Source: Octopus bimaculoides | Taxonomy: Eukaryota | Reading direction: 5' to 3' | Length of the DNA stretch: 64,000 bases | NCBI RefSeq assembly: GCF_001194135.2 | Contig: NC_068998.1 | Coordinates: 55,275,012-55,339,011, forward strand | Part shown: positions 24,860-64,000 of the stretch, piece by piece | Layout: each line of letters starts with the position of its first letter | How positions within the stretch are numbered: position 1 is the stretch's first letter | The notes under the pieces: generated by a model | The model's input: the letters and a program-made list of their open reading frames with translations, nothing else | Database searches by the model: none | What the model was told of the DNA's origin: nothing | Translations under genes and position numbers: made by a program

Positions 24860-25711
24860 ATTGAAGGTGAAAATATATATTGTAAGAGAAAATGGCAAAC
24901 AGTGCTGCAGCTTCAGACAAAAGAGTGTATCATAAAAACTAAAGCTATCCCCATTAGAAGAGGAATATTCCCAGAAGACTTGTTCTACATGGTACTGACA
25001 TGCTAAACAGAACTGGATGTGAATAGAACTGCTACAGAAAACAATCAACCATCTCTTGTATATGGATAATCTAAAACTGTACGTTGCAAATGATAAACAA
25101 TTAGAAACATTACTACAGATAGTGCATGGACTTACTAAAGAAATAAATATGAAATTCAGTTTAGAAAAATGTGCCAAAGTAACCTTGGAAAGAGGAAAAC
25201 TAGTCAAGAGTAACAATATCATACTAGATAAAGCATATGAAATAAGAGAACAATAGCAAAGTGATGATAGTCTAGTATATTCAGATTTACACAAACAAAT
25301 TCTTCAGATATATTATTGTCAAAGACCACTAGCAAAAGAAATGATCGAATGCATCAATTATTTCTGAAAACAATTGAGAGACAATTCAAATGTAAAGACT
25401 TGCAAAATAGAAACATTTAGATTGTGAAAAGTGAAAAGAGAAACAATCCCCATAATAACAGGTACCGTGGGAATGGTAAGAAAGAAATGGAGACAAATAG
25501 AAATAGAAAACCCTATCTCACACACACACACACACAAGCATAAACACACACACACACACAAGCATAAACACACACACACACACACACCATTCAGAACATT
25601 GTACTTGTGGATATTTTACATATATAAAGTTCTCCCGATACTTTAAGAGAACAAAACATGACACCCAAGACACATGATGCTGCACTTGGTTATATGATGA
25701 AAATACACAAC

Positions 25712-25748
<37 letters not shown>

Positions 25749-25750
25749 TT
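24860..25750 (+). mobile_element. R4/Dong-like (RLE-type) non-LTR retrotransposon relic, internally deleted
   Basis: IPIRRGIF, INHLLYMDNLKLY...INMKFSLEKCAKVTLERGK (LYMDDxKLY type RT), ETIPIITGTVGMVRK (RLE C-terminus) and IQNIVL; contains stops and frameshifts; followed by (AAT)n. Confidence 0.75.
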
Positions 25751-25789
25751 ATGATGATTATGTTATATCTGACAATAACAGCAACAGTA

Positions 25790-26180
25790 GCAACCCTTTC
25801 TACAATAGGCACAAGGCCTGAAATCTTGAAGAAGGTGGCTAAGTCAATTACATCGACCCCAGTGTGTAACTGGTACTTATTTCTTTGACCCTGAAAGGTA
25901 TAGTTGACCTCAGCAGAATTTGAACACAAAATGTAAAGACAAACAAAATGCCACTAAACATTTTATCCGGTCTGCTAATAATTCTGCCAATAATTATGAC
26001 GATTCTTTCTACTCCAGGTACAGAGCCTGAAATTTGGGAGAAGCAGTTGGGATTTTGGATTGCATCAACACTCGTTCTTAATTCATTCACCCTGAAAGAA
26101 TGAAAAGCAAAGTCAACCTTGAAAAGATGGAGAGAACACTGATAAGCATTTTGTCTGGCATACTAATGACTCTCTCAATA
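25790..26180 (-). mobile_element. Two tandem copies of tRNA-derived SINE family B
   Basis: Both show ctttcta...ggcacaagg/gagcctgaaat...accctgaaag...gt.gacct. The reverse strand has tRNA A/B-box-like tggcagaat..ttagca and gtgttcaaattc. Confidence 0.75.
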
Positions 26181-26239
26181 ATAATAATAATAATAATAAC
26201 AACAACAGCAACAACAACATAGGAACGTTAGGAAGTGCA

Positions 26240-26830
26240 GTGGAATCACAGGTTAAGAGAGAAAGTCCTCATTGTATGTGGAAGTTGTACAGGAACAATA
26301 AGCACTAAGAGTACATGGGACTTAGATTCTCTCAAATGCTCCGGATGCTTCCTTGAGATTATAAATAGTTTCTGTTACCTAGGTAACCAAATTAGCAATG
26401 GTGGAGGATGTTCTGAAAGTATTGTTGCTAGAATAAGAACAGGATGGAGAAAGTTTAAAGAGTTCTTAACTCTGTGAGCAACAAAAAGCCTCTTTCTCAG
26501 AGTGAAAGGCAGACTGTATGATGCTTGTGTATGAATGGCTATGCTCTGTGGTGAGAGAGATGTAGACACTGAATGTAGACAATGTATAGACTGGAGAGGA
26601 ATGAAGCTAAGAATCAAATGTAGCATGCAAGAGAGAAGACTACATTGATTTGGCCATGTGATGTGTATGAATGAAGACAACTGTATAAAAAAGCAATGAT
26701 CACTGAAAATGGATGGCACCTGTAGAAGAGGGAGATCTAGGAAGCCATGAGATGAAATAGTGAAGACTGATCTCAAGATGCATGGCCTGATGGATGACAA
26801 TGGACTAAAATGTCTGGCAACACGAGATTC
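26240..26830 (+). mobile_element. RTE LINE ORF fragment (RT thumb and C-terminus)
   Basis: FCYLGNQISNGGGCSESIVARIRTGWRKFKE, LRVKGRLYDACV, LHWFGHVM, RRGRSRKP; contains stops. Confidence 0.87.
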
Positions 26831-28045
26831 TTGAGAGGACCTGTCTTTCTTGCTGATTCTTCAACAGATTCCTCATGCAAAGAAGCACTCTTTGACATCT
26901 GACTTCCACACATCTTTCTCATGTTCACCATTTTTGTATGGCTTGTCAACTTTATAAAGTTGTCATTGCTTTTATTATCAAAGTAGTTTATTCATTTGTA
27001 TTTGCTGAAATGTCTGTAGTTGAATCTGCTGATTTAATTACCATCAAGTTTTTTTTTCCTGTTTCTCTTTTTTTTTAATCTGTGCTTTTGTTTTCAAAAC
27101 TTTCTTTGGAAAAGGGGGCATATCTTCTACTACTTTGTGGTTAGCACCTCTTCCTGCTCTCCCAAAGGAAGCCATAATAAATTTCAAGGAAACAATGTTT
27201 ACAAAAATAATAAAAAAATGTCTGAGGAAAGACCTTGTGTGGAATGTTTGTGGTTAGTTCCGTGAAGTTTGTAGGTTAGGGTTAGGGTCAGTGCTTTAGG
27301 AAGTGTAAAATGTTTGGTTGTGATGTTTTTGTGCCATGTTACCCCTGTTGCTTTTATGTTTCTCATTAAAAATGCTGGAATTTTGTAAAAAGAATTAAAT
27401 GTAATAATTTGTTGGAAAAGAATATAAATGTCCAGGAGGGTGAGAGTGAAGAAGAGAGAGAGAGAGAGAGAGNNNNNNNNNNNNNNNNNNNNNNNNNNNN
27501 NNNNNNNNNNNNNNNNNNNNNNNNNNNNNNNNNNNNNNNNNNNNNNNNNNNNNNNNNNNNNNNNNNNNNNNNNNNNNNNNNNNNNNNNNNNNNNNNNNNN
27601 NNNNNNNNNNNNACTGAGTTTAACTGGAAGGATTAGTGGAGGGAGGGAGGGAGGGAGAGAGGTGGGGGAGGGATGAAAAAAACAATTAAAGACACAAAGA
27701 CAGGTAATGGCTGTTGGTCTTTCAAGAATTGTTGCTGAAATATTAAAAATTCAGGATGGATTAATCTTACAAAACGTTGTTGTTGTTGTTGTTTAATCAG
27801 ATCAAGTAGGGACATGATATCCTTAATAATAAATAAGATACTCATTAGCTGAAATAATGATTAAAGGAGATTTATTAAAGAGATAAATTACAGAGGCCTG
27901 AAATTATGGATTGTCTCGTGGAAAGTGAGAGAAGAAGGAAACATAGAAAATGAATGTGTGCCGCCAGTTATTTGGTAATAGAAAGAGCATCCAGTTGTTA
28001 AAACTATGCCCCAGCCCCTCACATTAAAATATATATAAACCAAGG

Positions 28046-28340
28046 GGCACAGGCATGGCTGTGTGGTAAGAAGCTTGCTTTCCAACCACATAGTTCCAGG
28101 TTCAGTCCTCCAGCATGGTACCTTGGGCAAGTGTCTTCTACTATAGCCTTGGGTCAACCAAAGCCTTGTGAGTGGATTTGGTAGAAGTAAAGTAGTTTCT
28201 GAGATTATATTTTATAGTTTATTACACTTGGCATGGTTGTGTGATTAGGTTTGCTTCAAACCCATGGTTTCTGGTTCAATCCTGCTACCTGGTACCTTGA
28301 GCAAGTGTCTTTCTGTCACAGCCTCAGGTCAACCAATATT
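28046..28340 (+). mobile_element. Two tandem 5' halves of tRNA-derived CORE-type SINE family A
   Basis: A-box-like tggctgtgtggt, B-box-like ggttcagtcc and CORE-like accttgggcaagtgtcttctactatagcct. The second copy (28228-28340) is more decayed. Confidence 0.82.
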
Positions 28341-28829
28341 TCCAGATTGAAATTTGGGGGATGAAAGCTGTACAAGTCTATGAGAGGAACTGCTTTGAGC
28401 TGATAAAAAATTATCAAATGTCCAACACCACTAACACCTCCTGATCCTTTCATGTTTTTAGTGGAATTGATTCTGTTACATGGTGAGAGGATAAGCTCTT
28501 TTCTTCATCCCACAAGTCTCAGTGGCCCTAAAAAGTTATCATGGCTTCTGTCCTTCTTTATTTAATGAAACACTATTAAAAAAAAAGGTGGGGGGTTAAC
28601 CTATCATCGAAGTAATCGAATTTTCTGATGATATTGGAATATTTCAGTAAGCTATATAACTTATTTTTTTTTTTATATTTAAGGAATGATAATAAAAACC
28701 AGAAAAAAACCACCACTATTTTAATTCTTGTTTTTTAATAACCAAAAGACCATTTCATAGGAATAGTTAACTAATTAAACCCATATATTAATTTTATTTA
28801 TTAATGCTACAGAGAAATAAAAGACAATG

Positions 28830-29045
28830 TTGGTCTTCTGGTGTAATTCTATCCACATTTAGGATGCTTCATAAGAAAATTGACCTGAGTAAATTATTTT
28901 ATTAACTCCAGAAAGATGAAAGGCAGAGTCTAACTTTGGCAAAATTTAAACACAGAACGTAAGCAACTTTAACTAAATACTGCAAACATTTGAACACAGA
29001 ATGTGAAGTCGGAAGAAATGCCGCTAAAATATTTTGTCCGGCAGT
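28830..29045 (-). mobile_element. SINE family B relic with internal duplication
   Basis: gatgaaaggcagagtc..actttggc..aatttaaacacagaacgtaa; tttgaacacagaatgtgaag...aaatgccgctaa is repeated. Confidence 0.65.
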
Positions 29046-29589
29046 GTGTATTTCATCATGAAACTAGTTTGTATCGTTAGTTAGGAGACATTTAAAATAC
29101 AAGTTTCAACTTTATTTTAAAGGAGGGAAATACACGAGACTAATTTGTAAACTAAACTCAAGTCGGCGATCTATATTTAGATAATCGTACCGAAAGATCG
29201 CCCTAGTCGATCGAAAACATATGGCTCCATAACTCTTCATCTAAGTTATAAAAAAAAAAGAGACCCATTATTATATTCGGGTGTTCTACAGTTTTGGTTC
29301 TGGGCATACAAGCTATTTTAAATAGTTTCTTTTTCTCCTTGAAAATTTCACCGAATCCGACTGAAAAAGCAACGAAAGCGGTTCTGCTTTTGTTTTGCTC
29401 TCTACATTTCGTTGTAAATTTTGTATTTCATCAAAAAATGAATACACTATCTTTTGTCTTTTTTGTTAAGTGTACTTAGCAGTAAATCTATTTCCCAACG
29501 ATTATTCTAAAAAACCCGAAAAGTTCTGATAATTCTGTCGATTCAATGACGGTTCTGCGGCGTCAAGATGTGTAATGGTGACTTGTTAG

Positions 29590-29690
29590 AGGTTGACTTC
29601 CGGGTGCGCAAACATGACGTCATAGTATGCGCAATAGCAAAGGGGCGTTAAAAGGGACGCCATATTGATATATCCGTTTAGAGAAAGTAA
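29590..29690 (+). promoter_or_regulatory. Probable Rab11 core/proximal promoter motif cluster
   Basis: Within 75 bp: ACTTCCGG (ETS-type, 29596-29603), TGCGCA twice (29605, 29628), palindromic ATGACGTCAT (CRE, 29614-29623) and CGCCATATTG (YY1-like, 29658-29667). It is CpG-rich and lies about 200-290 bp upstream of the ATG. The TSS itself cannot be seen. Confidence 0.6.
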
Positions 29691-29880
29691 CAAATATCAT
29701 AGGGCCAAAATAATTGAAATAATCCTAGCCATCCGGCGACGTATCAACGAAATATAAATATAGAACGTATCTAGACTCTTTCAAAATTAATTTGTACTTT
29801 TTATTTTAATTTTTTGTGATTCTGAAGCGTATAAGGAGCCTTTTGTTTACAGCTAGTATCCTTACGGGAAAACGTAGACG

Positions 29881-60693
<30,813 letters not shown>

Positions 60694-61529
60694 GTAGGAT
60701 GAGCTTTTTTCAGTATCTTTTCAGCTTGATTATTGTTTTGTTGCTAGGAATCTAATGAAATAGAAGAAAAGAATATTTTAAGTTTAATTGGAAGAGATGT
60801 AACAATTATGGATGAATGGAATGAGGATCAGTAAATTTTACAAATTGACAATTTTCTGATAAATAAACAAAACAAATCCTCTGACATTTTTGTTGAAAAG
60901 TTTACTACTACTACTACTACTACTTTTGATGATGATAGTCTTAATCCAGACAGTAAATCTCTAATGCCCTCTGACCTAACACATTATATATTGGTATTTA
61001 ATAGTTTGTCAGTTTCATTTTACTGGCTGTACCTTATATATAAAAAAAAAATTAAAATTACTCTCTATAAAAAAAAATGCTTTAGAAAAATTTTACTTTT
61101 TTAATATTGAAGTTTTTATAAAATCGTTTTGAGAACTTAAAATCCTTTTTTGTCATAATGAGTTTTAGCATTCTGTGAAAGTATTTGATAATGATAGGGG
61201 ATAAGTAATGGAACATTTCCAAAGGAAACAGACCTTGTGTCATTGTGATGTGGTATATCAATAGTTAAAGAACAATGAAATTGAGGGTGAGAATCTTGAC
61301 TGTAGATCTAAGTTCACTCTACTAGGGATGTTTGGAATTTGAGTGATGTAAATGTGGACAATATTGTATTACTTGAAAGAGCAATGCCCACCATTGGTGG
61401 ACTTTACAGCTGCTTTCAAGTTGATGCACCATCAATCACTAGAATCTCTTAGCTGATGGGATGACATTAAAACTTGAGAAAAGCATAACTATTCCAACAC
61501 TTTGCACACGAAAAAGTCGGTGTTTCACT

Positions 61530-61745
61530 GGGATCACTGGCTGAAAAGTTCCTGGCTTTGAGTATCGCAAAAGTCCTGGTTGGAGGCCCAACCTCTGCAT
61601 TATTTTACAGGACTTAAAAAAACCTGTAGAACTGCTGTAATAGGTGTGTGAATCTGAGAGGGGAATATATTGAATAAAATCGTGATTAACGGATCCTCAT
61701 CCTGTATTTTCTCTTATTTAAAGACAGGAACTTTTCAGCTCCCCA
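61530..61745 (+). mobile_element. Mariner-derived MITE (deleted element retaining TIRs and transposase C-terminus)
   Basis: Inverted repeats GCTGAAAAGTTCCTGGCTTT (61540-61559) and AAAGACAGGAACTTTTCAGC (61720-61739) match 19/20. The interior encodes NRCVNLRGEYIE*, resembling mariner KCVxxxGxYxE*. Confidence 0.72.
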
Positions 61746-61746
61746 T

Positions 61747-61788
<42 letters not shown>

Positions 61789-62543
61789 CGCGCACATTGA
61801 ATATTGCTCTTGGTTTCAATAGTATTTGCCAGTTGGTCTGGTTTTTGTCTTTGATGGACAACAGTCGATGGCAGCTGTTGAGGAGGATGCAGGTTTAACT
61901 GTGGAGGGGCTGGCAAACACTAATGTAAGCAGAGGAAGAGTAAAATGATTGTTTCAGAAACATTTTGTTATCTGCATCTTGTTTGTTATTCTGACTACTT
62001 ATTTTTTTCTTTTTCTTTTTTTTTTTTTATTTTTTTTNNNNNNNNNNNNNNNNNNNNNNNNNNNNNNNNNNNNNNNNNNNNNNNNNNNNNNNNNNNNNNN
62101 NNNNCTGCGTAACCCCTGTGTATAGGAAAAGAAAAGACTGGCTGCAGAGACCCAACAGAAACACTGTGACAAAAGGGGAGGGGTTGGGGGTGGGGGCAAG
62201 GGAGTGGGTGAAAGCAGGCAGGCCGCTGGCTAGACAGGGGTGAGGGGGTGGAGCAGACACATGTAAACCGCTCCTGCAACATTTACTGACTCACAGATGG
62301 TGTGACAGATATAATTGCCTCTGTTATGTCTTCTTCTCTTTACTACTTTAGTACTCGTCATAGCAGCCTGGGTTCCAGTGCGGATGGAAAGCAATAATCG
62401 CATGCTCATTTGGTCATCACATTCACAGGATGTGCATGACTGCGTCTGTACATATTATCTCCATGGCTTCACTGAATACGATTGTGCAGCTAAGTGAATT
62501 GTGTGATCTACTGATCTCTTAGGCTCTATGTTCGCTTTTTAAG

Positions 62544-62586
<43 letters not shown>

Positions 62587-63893
62587 ATAAAATCTGTCCA
62601 TTCCTCCTTATATTATTTATTTCAAATCAGAAATATTATTCATAATAATCTTCTCTACAGATTGAAACCAAACATTCTCTAACAAACAAACAAGNNNNNN
62701 NNNNNNNNNNNNNNNNNNNNNNNNNNNNNNNNNNNNNNNNNNNNNNNNNNNNNNNNNNNNNNNNNNNNNNNNNNNNNNNNNNNNNNNNNNNNNNNNNNNN
62801 NNNNNNNNNNNNNNNNNNNNNNNNNNNNNNNNNNNNNNNNNNNNNNNNNNNNNNNNNNNNNNNNNNNNNNNNNNNNNNNNNNNNNNNNNNNNNNNNNNNN
62901 NNNNNNNNNNNNNNNNNNNNNNNNNNNNNNNNNNNNNNNNNNNNNNNNNNNNNNNNNNNNNNNNNNNNNNNNNNNNNNNNNNNNNNNNNNNNNNNNNNNN
63001 NNNNNNNNNNNNNNNNNNNNNNNNNNNNNNNNNNNNNNNNNNNNNNNNNNNNNNNNNNNNNNNNNNNNNNNNNNNNNNNNNNNNNNNNNNNNNNNNNNNN
63101 NNNNNNNNNNNNNNNNNNNNNNNNNNNNNNNNNNNNNNNNNNNNNNNNNNNNNNNNNNNNNNNNNNNNNNNNNNNNNNNNNNNNNNNNNNNNNNNNNNNN
63201 NNNNNCCCCCCCCCCCTCTTCTAGCGATTATAATAAATAATTTAAACATTTAAATAAATTAATGATACTTTGATGAAATATTTTTCTGTAGTGTTTTCTG
63301 TTTATAATTGATGACCCCCAAATGAGAGATGTCATTTGGGCCAAGTTTTTCTCTGAAGAGTCCAAGCAGCGAACCAACTAATCAAGCAAAACTTTGGGTT
63401 TCTTTTTTTTTCCCAATTTCTAACTCTGCTCCTCTTGAGCTTCTTCTCAACTTGAAACCTAAAATGATGTTTAACTATTACTGATTCTTCTATAACTTTC
63501 TTTCTGCTCAATCTATTGACTGCCCGCTCTTCTTGGATGTTATGCTGTTTGGCAAGGTTACTTTAGTGCAGAAGTGGCTGTCTTTCATAGAATTCTGTGT
63601 GTGTATATAAAATCTCATTTCTGGTTATGAGTATTTCAAGATCCTGTTATAAATCCAAAAGAGTGAAGGGCTTGCTTTCTCTCACTCTCCCCCTCTCTCT
63701 TAATCCCTCCTTATGGTTCAACTTCAGCCTAGTTTCATAGTTATATGTTTCTATAACAGCTGTTTCTTTTTCCCTTTTTTTTTTCATCTCTTGTCTGGCA
63801 AATGGCTGCTCTGCACTAATAGTTTGGATTGACCAATTATATTTTGCAAAGTCTTATGAACTACTTGTAAAAGGTAGTGTAACTGTCATTTTA

Positions 63894-64000
63894 TCTATAT
63901 ATATATCTATCTATCTACATATATATCTACATAGATCTATCTACATATATATCTACATATATCTATCTACATATATATCTACATATATATCTACATATAT
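63894..64000. repeat. ATATATCTAC-type tandem microsatellite, running off the window end
   Basis: Seen directly. Confidence 0.9.

Noticed and set aside
28046-28125. tRNA gene
   Set aside because: Has A/B-box-like motifs but no cloverleaf, and continues into a CORE-like SINE body; it is a SINE head.
62641-62694. Acceptor-like cttctctacag| at 62660 as the Rab11 last exon
   Set aside because: The required phase-1 frame gives D then TGA; no EIY/CC sequence.

Overview
Eukaryotic, AT-rich, repeat-dense draft genomic DNA with about 16 N-gaps. The repeat families suggest a coleoid cephalopod, most likely Octopus (inference, not verified by a search). Two spliced protein-coding genes lie head-to-tail on the + strand. 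(1) The 3' part of a class II coronin (CORO2A/2B-like): at least 5 exons at 1449-18616, encoding a long low-complexity linker and the terminal coiled coil. (2) Rab11: ATG at 29881 and five coding exons to 60693, with a 25.8 kb first intron; the last exon is not in readable sequence. The rest is intronic or intergenic: RTE LINE fragments and RTE 3'-tail copies, an R4/Dong-like LINE relic, several tRNA-derived SINE families, Tc1/mariner relics, microsatellites and one 27-bp minisatellite. I found no prokaryotic-type system, CRISPR array, rRNA or true tRNA. Most supplied ORFs are artefacts of N-gaps or microsatellites. The best leads are: a ~90% identical inverted RTE pair bracketing Rab11 exons 2-3 (dsRNA, ADAR or circRNA candidate); a candidate alternative terminal exon that would remove the coronin coiled coil; two RTE-derived copies sharing one 5' breakpoint; and coronin-2/Rab11 adjacency that mirrors CORO2B-RAB11A linkage on human 15q.
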